64,000 nt of DNA from Octopus bimaculoides. Lineage: Eukaryota. Each line of letters begins with the position of its first letter. Positions within the stretch are counted from its first letter, which is position 1. Below, piece after piece: positions 26,367 to 40,029 of the stretch. The stretch is from assembly GCF_001194135.2 (NCBI RefSeq), contig NC_068994.1, positions 38,250,910-38,314,909 on the forward strand, given 5' to 3'. The notes under the pieces were generated by a model. It ran no database searches. It was not told where the DNA came from and saw only the letters and a program-made list of their open reading frames with translations. Both the position numbers and the translations under genes were made by a program.

Positions 26367-29300
26367 AATGTGAATGTACAAATATGATGGAGCATAAATG
26401 AGCTGAGAAAAAAATCTTGGGGATAATAGGAATCATTTGTAGTGTTCCAGAGAAAAGAAACTTGGCTACTATTGACATGTGATGCATATAGAGGATGACA
26501 GTTGGATAATGAAATGACAAGCAATCCAAGTGGAAAGAACCCAAAACCACATTACTTCAAAGCAAACTTCTTAACCACATAACCATATCTGAGCCTATAA
26601 TTTTTTTAATATATATATTTAGCTATTTCTTTATAATTTTCTTTCATCTTATTCAGTTTTTATTGTGTTTGTTTTATTGTTTTTGCTGGGCTTTTTCGTG
26701 ATGTTACTTTACACGTAAACATCTCTAGGTAAAATTTTGAACAAACAGTTATTATTTTTTTCCTTCTATTTAAGACAACTAACTTTTTTTTTTATTTCAT
26801 CTAAAATGTGGAAGATTTCATCAATGTTAGCTGTTTCACATACAATAATAAAACAACTAATTAATTCTATATTAATTTTAACTTTCGTCAAGCTTATGAA
26901 AATAGTTATTTGCTAATGGGCGACAATACCAGCTTCATTATTGATGTTGATTTAAAATAAGGGAAAAAAAACAGCAAAACTTTTGCATGAAAGTCTTATA
27001 TTTCTTTTTAATTCTTCATGATGTTTACAAAACATTCTAACTATTTTATCAGTTTTCTTTTTGTTAATTATTTTCTCCGTAAGCATATACAACATAAAAT
27101 GAGCAGGTCAACTAACCTTGTTTTCAATGTTAATCCTTTGTCTCAAAAGGCAATTAAAAATTATTAAGAAAAGCTAAACAATTACTATAGAATAAAATGT
27201 TGTAAAATGAAGCTGTTTTCAAAATAGATAACATAACATTGAAGTATTTCTATTTTAATTTTTTTAATTAATTTCAAAAACCAAAACCCAGCTAAGAGAA
27301 GCTAAATTCTTAAGGAGCAGATTCTGCAGTCTGGTTTCTAATCCTGGTTGTAGCTAATAAATTTCATTTAGATGTTTACTATACTTAGAATTCATGTTGA
27401 TATTGTCAATATCACTATACAGAGCTTTGAGTGTCTTCTACCAATCTCAAATTAATCAAGGCCTTGTGAGGGGGATTTGGTTGATAGTGCTAAACATAAT
27501 CACCACCTTGTTTAACTCCCCTAACTCACAAGGACCAGATAGAAAAGTTTAACAAGATGACCAGTTAGCACAGTTCACTCTGCTGCAATCATTAGGGCCA
27601 GGTTTCTGAAGTAAGACTGATTTCCTCCCACCTGTCACAGAAGCACTGAAAAAGGCCAAGGGAACTGGTTTAGAACCAGCAACTAAATTCTATCCAAAAG
27701 GGGTTTTTCAACCCAATATTTACATGCTAATTTTACCTTATTCACATGCTTTAAGACATATTATTAAAAAAACAAAAAACAAACAATTTATTTCATTAAA
27801 AATCTTTTTAAGTTGAAAAAATTCGATCACATTCTCCCAGAAGCCTTAGGTTTCCTAACTACTCAAGGAGACAACATGTATTTTCTATGAAATCTATGAT
27901 GACATCAAACGATGTCCAGAAATAATTACATAATTCTAGATTAAAGTTCATTATAAAGGAATTATAGCTATGGTTATCTGAATTTTATATACAAATTTTG
28001 ATAATGATTTAAAATTTTAATTCCTAAATATGTAACAGAAGCTGTTGTTGGTCAGCTCAATCAGAGATGCCCATTGACTCTGACCAAGCAAACATAATTG
28101 AAAGCTATGGTCATCCCAATTTTTTTCTAGATGAAGTGTACCCAGGACATTATTTAAACATTTCTGGTAGACCTGCCTTCTTTCAAGAATACTTTAATTT
28201 TCATTCCTTATTCCCTAATGCATATAAATATATAATGAAGTGTGTGTGTGTGAAGATCACAGTGATCAGTTTTGTTGCTATTTAACAATTCAACTGGCCT
28301 CCTTACCACTCCTTCTAACTTATTGACATGTAAACGATTGTGTACCTAGACACAGGTCATTTAAATAATGGTACAAGGGTAATAGCCTGACAAGTACTGA
28401 TAGAGTGTGGGAAAGAGAGATAAGTAGATTCCCAATGAAAGTGGTCCATTTGACTTTTATCTAATGCTACTGAAATTTGACAATGAGACAACATATAGAT
28501 ATGACACCATACCATCCATACTAATTGATGATGACATACATACACACATGCACACACACATACTTTCTCTCTCACACACACACATTGGTAATGTATTTAC
28601 CTGGCATCTGACTTAATCTGAGACTATGTATTGAAATTAATGCAATTACAGCATGGAAGATACAGATTAGGCATTCATGTGTGCTTTTGAATGGCTAATA
28701 TTTGCCTTTCATGTTTTATTGTAAAATATATTCATAAATAACCAGCATTGTCATATATGTGTCATTCTTCTAGACATTACAGTTATTACAAGAGAGCTAA
28801 TCATTTCTTCATAATATTTGGTTGAAAGGCTGTCCACCTTGTACTTTTATTAAAAAAAAACAGTTCCTTTTATAATTTATAATTTTTTTTTTAGTGGTTT
28901 CAGTCATAGAGTTTTTAGTTGATCATCATGTTGAATATTGACTCCAGTACTTATGTCAGCTTGGTGTTTTGGACAGACCTGGAGTAAATGGAAGCAAATG
29001 GTAATGAAAGGATTTTGACAAACCAGTTGATTAGCTGATTGAATGATTAGCTACATAATAGGTTAGTTCACGAACTAGTCGATTAAGAAGGAAATGACAT
29101 ACTGTACATTATGGTTTCAAATATACAAAACTATGGGGCCATCATGGTTGGAATCCTTAGTGCATACATGTTATTATATCTGAACTGTCCTGGAGTTTAA
29201 CAAGTAACAACAAATATCTTCTGTAAGGTATAAGGAAGAGGAGTGTTAACTACTGCTTATAGAGAGGGCTGTTTTTATTTGTCACCCTGAAGAGAAGGAG

Positions 29301-31187
29301 GAAGAGTTGGCACAAACCCTTAAGGTTTTGTCAAATATTCATTTGGATTCCTCTAGGATTGATCTTTGGAACCAAAAACTGAGACAGGCGGGGAAGGAGA
29401 GTTCCAAGGGTGAAGATACTAATATGAAATAGTAATGACTTCAAATATTGGCATAAGGCCAGCAATTTCAGTAGGGGGTGGGTGGATAAGTCAATTAGAT
29501 CAATCCCAGTGCTCAACTGCTAATTATTTTATCAACCTCAAGAGGAGGAAAGCAAAGTCAACCTCAGTAGAATTTGAACACAGAACATAAAGATAGACGA
29601 AATGCCACTAAGCAATTTCTCCAGTGTGCTAACAATTCTGTCAACTGATCACTTTGAGGACTGTAACAGCATAAAATGAAGTGTTTTGCTCAAGAATACA
29701 ATATGCCAGCCAATGTGGGAATCGGACCCATCATCGAGCAATTGTGGGTGCAACAGTCTAACTTCTAGACCACAATCGCATTCAGACTGATATGAAATGA
29801 TATTAGCAAAGTGTTAGAATGGTTATGACAGTTGAGATGCAGTAAAGATCAAACAACCATACATACAGAGACACACTTACACACATACACATATATACAC
29901 ATAAACATATACATCTATTCTTTTGAAAACAGGACAGATTTAGCAACAAGAAGGGTAACTAGCTGCAAAGCAATGCTTCACATATATATTTGTCTAATAC
30001 TTGCTGGTATGGAAAAACGACCATAAACTGGAAGCACAAAGAAACACTCATACACACATACATGCACACATGCATGCATGTGCCAAAAAGAATTGAATGC
30101 TCTGTCCAAGTCTTAGGCTCATGTGGCTGGTTTCCTGGATTCTGTGGCATATATATTCCTCACTAGTCAGGAGGCAAGTCCATTGCAGGATTACTCAGTT
30201 TTACCAGCAGAGTGAACCAGAACAACATGAAATGAAGTGTTTTGCTCAAGAACTCAATGCATTCCCTGATTCAGGAATCAAAACCACAATCTTACAATCA
30301 TAAGAGAAACACCCTAACCACTAAGCCGCAAGCCTTCACACACACACACACACATACATATGTGTATGTATTTATGTGTGTTTGCATGTATGATGATCTT
30401 CTACATAGTTTCCAGCTATCAAATTCATTCACATGGCTTTGATATTTCTTGCCCTAAGGCTATAGTAGAAGACACTTGACATTTGCCCAAAGTGCCATGC
30501 AGCAGAATTGAAATCAGAACCACATTGCTGCAAAGGGAGCTTCTTAGCAACATTGTAATGCTTGCACCTTTCTAAACTATTACTTAAAAAATCTGCATGA
30601 AGAATCATGCTGTGAGAAATTACCATTGACTTGTCATGAAACAAATGCCAAAATTCCACCTTGAAAAGAATCTTTGATTGACACAGTGTGACTATAATGT
30701 TATTACTGTTGTATAAACTGAACTGACCTGAGCATTAGGCTTGTTAGTAAATTAAGTTTATTGTTAAAACAGTGTATATGATGTCTAAAATTTACAAGAA
30801 GCAGAAGTAAAGAATTTGTAACAAGCCATCATAGATTCTTTCACCAGCAATTAGAAGTTTGTTCTATTTCACTACTTATATTGATTTTTAGGGTTTAAAT
30901 GTCAAATCAGACATGACATTAATTCCTATTTAATGTTTTTTTTGTTATTTTTTTTCTCTCCAAGAACGTGTGCTAAATGCTCTACCCACCTCCTGCCTGC
31001 CTTCTTTGCAAATTGCTGTTTGTAATTATAGGACAGCATTTTCACTAACAATAAATTCACCTGATATAAAATCAATAAAAACAACAATATAAATAAATAT
31101 ATTTGACAATCCTTCAAGCAAAACTAAAAAAAATTTTCTTTTTTTCTTTTCATTATTTTGATATCTTTATCTATCTATCTATCTATC

Positions 31188-31218
<31 letters not shown>

Positions 31219-32157
31219 ACATATTCATATATATATATATATATATATGTTTGCATGTGTGTGTATATATATAAATATATATATATATATATGTTACGCA
31301 TGTATACACACACATGTCATATATTTACACCTATCTATCATATATATATCTTTATCTATATCAAGCTATCTGCAGGTCTATCTATCTAACTACACACACA
31401 CACACACACACACATTTATGCATACACACTCATTCATACACACACACACATACATACATAATTTGCACAACAAGGCAATCTATTAAGGGATTTAAAAAGT
31501 CCCCTATGCATTTTTATTTCCATTATAAAAGGGGAAAAAATATTTCAAAATTAAAAAAAAGTTCCTAATTGGAAGATTTCTCAACTACCTTTTCATCATT
31601 TGGGAATTTCAATTCCCAATTCTAAATATGATTTTCTGATTCTCTGTTGGAAGATACAATTGACCAATCATCTGTAAATGGCATTTTATGATTTTGTACA
31701 TAAATATTTGTAATAATTGCAGTATCAACTGAAAGCTTTTCATTTCCTTCCCTTTTGGTTTTCCTTTTTTGATTTTTGTTTGTAATTATTGTTATTTCAA
31801 GCTTTCAAGAATATTTACAATCTACAAAACAACTGTTTCTAATTTAAGCACAAAAACCAACAATTTGAATGGAGAGGGTATAAATAACCAACAATAACTA
31901 GGATCAATGACCTTCATCTTAGTACTTGACTGGTATTTTATTCTATTGACTCCATCAATGTTGACCTTGGGCAAATTCAATAACAACAATTAGGAAACGC
32001 TGATTTATGAATCTTCTTAAACACTCCATTTTTAAAAGTAAGCTGGGTTTCAATAAAAGTGCTAGCAAATGATAATACAGCAAGAAAAGGGTGTAGAGAG
32101 AGTTATTCCCACCAAGTGCAATTATGGGCATTTTTTTCTGATATATGTTTTATTGAC

Positions 32158-32188
<31 letters not shown>

Positions 32189-32903
32189 GTATGCATGTCG
32201 TTCTTCAGTTTTATTTAAAGATTTCTTGCCAATAGAGAAAGAATCAATTTCTAACCTAAATCCAAGGCTCCTTTATTGGAAGGAACAGGGTATTTTTGCA
32301 TGCATGTATGTATATATGAAGTATTTGGAATCAGTGCATGAGCAGATATGTATGTTTTGTTTTATGTGTGTATTCTTATGCATATAGTTATATGTCTAAA
32401 CATGCGCATATATACTTAAATTATAGACTTCTGGTAAATTTTACAAATTTTTACAGTACCAGTGAGGGCTTGGAACTGCAGTCTCCGAATCAACTTTCTC
32501 TTTTCTGGTGTTGAGAAGCGTTTGTATGTATGTATGCATGTTTGTGTATATAAATGCATCAGTTTATGACAGGACAGTGTATATGAACTATCAAATGCTG
32601 GTAGATCTGCATTAAATGTATGCAGCTTCCTCATAAGTTCTAGTTTAACATCATCATCATCATTTTCTGCTTGCACAGGTCAGACAAACTTTATTAATGC
32701 AAATTTTCTATGGTTGGATGCTCTTTCTGTTTTCAGCTTTCACCTACTTCCATGCGAGATAACATTTCCTACTAGTCCTTTTAGAGACGAAGGGCATAAT
32801 GGCCAGATATGTTTACACAGCTCTTACAAATACACACCGTTGTTTGTATAACAGTGACATTCTTTTTACAATTAGTTTGCAATACTGAAACAAAAAAATA
32901 CAG

Positions 32904-32939
<36 letters not shown>

Positions 32940-33252
32940 GCACAAACTGAGGGAGTGGAATGAGTAAAATGTAAGCTGCATATGTTTCTTAGCTAGCTGA
33001 TCTTCTGATGTAATATTTACTCAAAGTAGAGTTCTAAACTTAACTAATCATCAGGCAGCTTATCGAATTTCCTCATAACTTCGATAAGGTAAAAAGTGTA
33101 TAAACTTCAATGCCAATAAATTGTTATAGTTCCTTATCATACACTGTCAAGTCTTTTATTCTTTATACTTTCCATGGACTGCTTGAAGCTTACAGACTTT
33201 CTATACTTGGCTCCCTGGTTCTTACCCATGTATTTTTCTCCCTCTCTCTCTT

Positions 33253-33284
<32 letters not shown>

Positions 33285-33695
33285 TGCATATGTGGTGTAC
33301 TCCTTTCAGTTTTTGTCTACCAAATTTTTGGTTGACCTGAGGATACAGAAGACATTTGCACAAAGTTCTGCACAATAAGACTGATACTAAAACTAGGGAC
33401 TGGAAAAGAAATTTCTTAGGTACACAACCCTACCTATACCCTGTAATGATGTGACCTTCATTCTTCATGCTTCTGAAGATGACCAGATCAGCAGCTTTAC
33501 TCTTTGTGCATTCTGAGGTGGTTTATTAGGCCAATGGTGGTATAAATTCCATGGTTACAGTGGGAGCACATAATAGCAGAATTGGGACTTGGTGTGATTC
33601 TTGTTTATTTTAGGTTTGCATAAGATGGTAATTAATTCTTTATGCTATTGTCATTAAGTGGGTGAGGAGTTGCAAAGTAGAATAAAAATATCTTA

Positions 33696-34125
33696 GGCAT
33701 AGGTACGGCTGTGTGATAGGAAGATTCTTCCCAACCACATGATCTCAAGTTCAGTCCCACTGTGTGGCACCTTGGGCAAGTGTCTTCTACTATAGCTTCA
33801 GGCTGACCAAAGCCTTGTGTGAATGGATTAGGTAGATGGGAATTGAAAGAAGCCCTCTGTATATGTGTGTGTGTGTGTGTGTGTGTTTGTGTGTGTGTGT
33901 GCACGTGTGTACCTTTGTATCTGTGTTTTTCTCCCACTACCACTTGACAACCAGAGTTGGTATGCTTATGTAACTTAGTGGTTCAGCAAAAGAGACCAAT
34001 AGAATAAGTACCAGTCTTATAAAAAAATTTTTAAATATAAGTACTGGGGTCGATTCATTCAACTAAAAATTCTTCAAGGTGGTGCCCCGACATGGCCTCA
34101 GTCAAATGAGTGAAACAAGTAAAAA
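33696..34125 (+). mobile_element. family A SINE, near full length
   Basis: Head GGCTGTGTGATAGGAAG...GTTCAGTCCC, internal (TG)n, and 3' half ending GAAACAAGTAAAAAG. Confidence 0.85.
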
Positions 34126-34186
34126 GTAATGACTTTGCTCCCAGACACTGACATACAGTGTTACTGCAAAGTGAGACATAGATAAA

Positions 34187-34400
34187 GCAGTAAGCTAGGA
34201 GAATCGTTAGCTCGCTGGATGAAATGTTTAGCGGTATTTCACCTGTCTTCATATTCTGAGTTCAAATTCTTCAGAGATTGATTTTTGCCTTTCATCCTTT
34301 CGGGGTCGGTAAATTAAGTACCAGTGAAACACTGGGGCTGAAGTAATCGACTAGTCCCCTGCCCTCAAAATTTCTGGCCTTGTGCCTACAGTAGAAAGGA
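34187..34400 (+). mobile_element. family B tRNA-derived SINE
   Basis: AGAATCGTTAGC...GAGTTCAAATT...CATCCTTTCGGGGTCG...AAGTACCAGT; homologous to 45727-45953. Confidence 0.8.
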
Positions 34401-35134
34401 AAGTGAGACATAGATTTCTCCCCAAAGTGTTAAAGTTACTCTTCTCAAATGATCACTGAATTGTTAAATTTTATATCAAAATTACTTAACGAATAATCGT
34501 ATAACTTTTATCGTATTAAAGTTAACCAAACTTATAGTATTGTCCCAGTATTAAAAAATAATTATTTTAAATATTTAAATATATTTAGCATTAAATGTAT
34601 ATGCCAGCATTGCTTTCTAAAATTTCTTGTAATTTCCTCAATAATAATTTAGCAATCTATTTTCCAAATCTTCGGAACTGTAACCTAAATAGTTTCAAAA
34701 TAAGTATCATTATAACTTAGTTTCTCCCTGAGAACATTCATTATTTCTCTGTGCAGTAATTACACTAAATGAAACTCTAAATTTGGGGAAAATATCTCTG
34801 TCATACGTATATGTGGGGATGATGGTTCAGTAAATAATTCTGGGTGACATTAGAAATATCTAGGCTGGAGTGAAGAGTAAATAATCAGAATAGTAATAGA
34901 TAATTAGCATGCCATTTTGATAATGAGTTTATTATCAGTGTAACTATAAAAATAGTAAATTGGCATTGTCTTCATTTGTCCTCCTTTGAGTTCTGTATAT
35001 AAAGACTTCATTTCAAATCACAATCTATCCACGATGATAAACAATAAGCTTTAAATTATAAACCATAAAATTTCCTTACCAAAAATTATAGATTTACAGC
35101 TATCAACTTCACCACTATTTTTAATATATGTATT

Positions 35135-35198
<64 letters not shown>

Positions 35199-35350
35199 NN
35201 NNNNNNNNNNNNNNNNNNNNNNNNNNNNNNNNNNNNNNNNNNNNNNNNNNNNNNNNNNNNNNNNNNNNNNNNNNNNNNNNNNNNNNNNNNNNNNNNNNNN
35301 NNNNNNNNNNNNNNNNNNNNNNNNNNNNNNNNNNNNNNNNNNNNNNNNNN

Positions 35351-35397
<47 letters not shown>

Positions 35398-36123
35398 GAG
35401 AGAGAGGGATAGATGTTTGTTTGTGTGAATGCATATATATATATCATCATCATCATTTCACCCCCGTTTTCCATTCTGGCATAGGTTGGGAGGTTTGACA
35501 GGAGCTGGTAAGACTGGAAGCCTTTTGTATGTATGAGAGGGTAAGTTAGAGAGTAAGCTAAAGAGACTGAGCATGACAGAAAGTAAAATAAAGAACGCAA
35601 CAGTGAAAGAGATGTTGGCGACGATGTGCCCTTGAGGGACATTGGGGGTGGTGAGAATAAGTGCGGTGATATAGAGATGTGGATTGAGTGGATGTGCAGG
35701 ATGTAGGTGGCTGAGTGAAATATAGGAGAGGTTCAGGGACAGTGGTGAGGGTTGTGGTAGGTATGTGAGGGCACTGAGTGTGATAGTAGATAAGTGTTAA
35801 TGATGGGCAGCAACACAGGGGCAAGAAAGTACAGAAAGGAGGTGATTGGTGGTGGTGGTGGTGGGGGGAGAAATGATAAATGGAAGTGGTTCAGGGTGAG
35901 GAAGAAGGGAACTGAGAAAGCAGGAGGGTATAGTGTGTGCCTATTTTGCTCATAGATGATAGACACGTTTCAGATGTCAAGGAATCAAAGGTCAATTCTG
36001 CTGTGGTGGTTGGGTCTTTTTGAGTACAGCAAGGTGCCAGATATCTCAGTCCTTTGTCATCTCTTTCATAAGGCTCAGTGTCTTCAGAGAAGCCTTCAGT
36101 ACTTTGTCCCATGTTTTCAAAGT

Positions 36124-36668
<545 letters not shown>

Positions 36669-37083
36669 ACAGACAGACAGACAGATAGATAGATAGATAG
36701 ATAGATGTGGGTGTTGTGACTGGACACCTAGCTTTTTCACCTCTCTTACTAATTCTTCTTTTTTATATCCATTTGTGGATCTCTTCCAGGCATTACACAT
36801 CATTCTCATGTTTGGCTGAAAGGCTTTATTTATTGTCTTTGTCTATCGTTTCAAATCCCATTTGTTTGCTTTCATATGTCCACCCTAAATTGACTTGTTT
36901 GCTTTAGCTCTAATTCTATACAAATCTTGTGGGTGCCGCCGATATACGAAGTTCTCAGTCTTATCATTAAGGGCATGAAACTGGGTATTAGTATTTTTCG
37001 GTTGATAACTGATGAAGAATTACGGTCCTTCTGTGTCTGTCCTACATGTATGTTTTGTAGTATTTAATGCATTTTTTATTTAT

Positions 37084-37225
37084 TTATGGCCGCCCTTGTA
37101 TAACTATATATACAATGGGCTTCTTTTCAGCTTCTGTTTACCAAACCCACTCACAAGGCTTTGGTCAGCTTGAAGCTATAGTAGAAGACACTTGCCCAAG
37201 GTTCCACACAATGGAACTGAACCTA
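37084..37225 (-). repeat. perfect 142-bp inverted copy of 36174-36315
   Basis: Base-by-base reverse-complement identity, including the SINE/MITE junction. Confidence 0.9.
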
Positions 37226-37301
37226 TTTATATATACATACATTTATATAGATTTTTACACAAACATCTTTCAAAAGTTAATAGATAGCTATCATGTTATA
37301 T

Positions 37302-37364
<63 letters not shown>

Positions 37365-37989
37365 CGTATGTGTGTGTATGTCATATGATACATGTGTTGT
37401 GAAATTTGATCAAGCATGTTAGTAACAGGGATTGGAACCTTGTGCATTTGATTAAAATGTATTTTCAATCGAGCAGCAGATGTTTACTCTTACTGAAGAT
37501 AAAGAACAAGATTCAAATTTGACTGGTGGAGTTTGTTTTCTGATGTCTGATAGGTTCATCTGCTACAGCAACTGCAGGATCGAATGATGAGAAGTCACCA
37601 TGGACTTTCGAGTGTCAATGTCCTGCATTTCTGCAACAACATATCAGCTTACATAGTTTAAAGGTCAATGACTGCCATTTGGTAATGTGATTTTGAACAG
37701 CAGACCTTCCACCCTGTACTTTTCCCTTGTTTCCATGTTTGAAACTAAGAGCAGAGAGTTTGCCAACAAGGAAAAACCATAGTTGACTACAGAGCAATGA
37801 TTGAGTGAGCAAGGCAAACAGCTTTATTTAAACGGCATCGACCAACTGTGCAAGTATTATTATAAAAGCTATATTGAAATGATGGTAAACTTGAATGAAA
37901 AACAGATGTATTTGTTGAAAAATAAGTTAAAAATACACTGAAAGTATTGCTTTAGGACAATGGTAGAATATGTCATGTTTACAGAAGAT

Positions 37990-38035
<46 letters not shown>

Positions 38036-38088
38036 GATTATGTCATGTAAACAAACATAAATTTGTTTTTGAAGCGTTGAAATGTATT

Positions 38089-38520
38089 GTAGAACATGTA
38101 GAAAGATATATTTTGCAACACATAAATACTGAACAGTATATATAAAGGATAAAATTCTTTTAAGAGCAGAAAAATTTGCTGGCAACCAGCTATGAGGATT
38201 GAACACACACCCCTCCAATATCCGGTTGGAGTGCTCTGCCCTTTAAGCTAAACTACTGACCAACGAATTCTTCTGCAGTTTTAGAAGTTATAAAGTCATC
38301 CATATGACATCTAGCATTTCTGGATGACTCTATAACTTCTAAAATTGCACAAGAATTCGCCAGTCAGCAGTTTAACTTAAAGGGTAGAGCACTCCAACTG
38401 GATATTGGAAGGGTGTGTGTTCAATCCTCATGGCTGGTTGCTGGCAAATTTTTCTGCTCTTTATATATACTGATCAGTATTTACGTGTTGAAAAAATATA
38501 TCTTTCTACTTGTTCTTGTA
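38089..38520. mobile_element. long palindromic element with two divergent tRNA-like cassettes
   Basis: Arms at about 38091-38302 and 38321-38518 pair around an 18-nt loop. Read outward, each arm has TAGTTTAGCTTAAAGGGCAGAGCA, the stem CTCCAA-CCGGATA-TTGGAG, GTTCAATCC and TTTTT. Confidence 0.8.
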
Positions 38521-38524
38521 TGTA

Positions 38525-38555
<31 letters not shown>

Positions 38556-38789
38556 ATTTCATTATTGCTCAAGGACAAGTATTCTTATGTTAATAATTTT
38601 AATTCCAGATTAAATTCTTCAAATTTGTACATAGCTACATATATACTAAGAAAGCAAATTGAAGAACCGATTCTGAACACTGTTACAACATAGTATTAAG
38701 TTTCCCTGCAAGTGGTACAAACTATAATTGGGATTGAGCTTCAAATAGATGGTGTATACACATGAAGAGTACAAGGTGATATGTTTTAC

Positions 38790-39600
38790 ATTCTGTCAAC
38801 TGGCCTCTGAGTAAGCAGCATCCTTAAATCCAATGACTACTTAAGTCCTCTCAAAAGAAATAGGATGCCATCCAGTGTAACATGACTTGGATGAGTTAGT
38901 GTGTTGACTTGACCAACACTGGCATGTTTCCACTCAGCCTCTGAGCCCCACAGTGCAGCCTGACACTCAGCTTGATAGCAACTGTAGACACATTGGTGTT
39001 TCCCTGAGGCTTGGTTTCCAGATCTGTGAGCCTCATGAATGCCACTGCAGATTCACTTGTGGATTCTTTTGCCATCTACCCACTGTCATGTCATCATAGT
39101 ACTGGCCACCCCATGCTATGCCACCTTTAACAAGATCACAAAGTATGGTCTAGATACTGTAGGCTTCCCCTTCAAGCTCAAGCCAGTGAGGTTAGACTGA
39201 AGGGATGATAAAGGGCCTGACAGTGTAACAATTTTCCTATTCCATGGTGGTAGGCCCCTCATCTGGATGCCACATGCTGTGACACCTTCTCCAGTGGAAA
39301 CTTGGAGTTGTCACCTACCAGCCCAGGCTCCGCTGCTTGTCAGGCTGAGAAAAGCAAACTGTCAAGGTACCGGTTGCTCTCTGACAGGTTTATGGTCAAG
39401 CCTGTGGCAGTGAGACCTCCAGCATTGTTGGCCCCCAGACCATATCACTACTCACAGCTATTGGGGTGGAGATGGCTGTCTGCAAGTGCAAGCCCCATGA
39501 TTCCAAGTGGCTGTTCCAGCGCATCTTCCACACTATCCTCCTGGGCAACGCCTTTTCCATTTTGTCTGTTGGGACCATGGGGTGGTCTGAATTTCAGGAA
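38790..39600 (+). pseudogene. CRE-type non-LTR retrotransposon 3' fragment (zinc knuckle plus restriction-like endonuclease)
   Basis: Across frameshifts it reads ...SEPHSAA..TQLD...VSLRLGFQICEPHECHC..VD...LSCHHSTG..HATFNKI...GFP..L.P..L..RDDKGPDSVT...GGRPLIW(D)ATCCDTFS...PGSAACQAEKSKLSRY...KPVAV(E)T...VGPQT...KWLFQRI...ILLGNAFSILS. Confidence 0.85.
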
Positions 39601-40029
39601 ACTGTACATTCCACTCCTTAATGCAAATTTGTGATACTATTAAATATCTACATTTACAATCTTAATGGACTAATGTTTAACTTAGCAGCAAAAGAAACCA
39701 TCCTGGTTTCAATTTTGCCCACAGCTGACCTGTTATTTTACACACCATATATCATCTCAATTAGTAACAGTGACATGCATATAAAATCAATCATTAATTC
39801 GTATTCTGTGAAAATCAACTATATATATCTACTGGTTCTGAAGTATAAACCATTTTACACAGAGTAGAATGAAATAGTAATGGATGTTCAGACATTGTTT
39901 TACATAAACATGATCAAGCTTTCTTGTGAGCTGACCAACTGAACTGAAGATTATAATTTTTATTTGTTTCTTCCTGAGAGCAAAGCTTGTGACAGTTGTG
40001 AATAATAGCAAAAAAATGCTATGCATTCA

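Noticed and set aside
35530-36120. Possible second PLE endonuclease C-terminus on the minus strand (HFENMGQ...GLRYL) with a C-rich tail like 2400-2580
   Set aside because: Similarity is too weak to tell from chance without a profile search.
37005-37040. CTGATGAAG motif resembling a hammerhead 5' core (similar at about 24485)
   Set aside because: There is no downstream GAAA or stem III.
38465-38500. CTGATCA...GAAA in the outer arm of the tRNA palindrome
   Set aside because: G8 is absent, stem II is wobble-only, and the motif is not conserved in the other arm.
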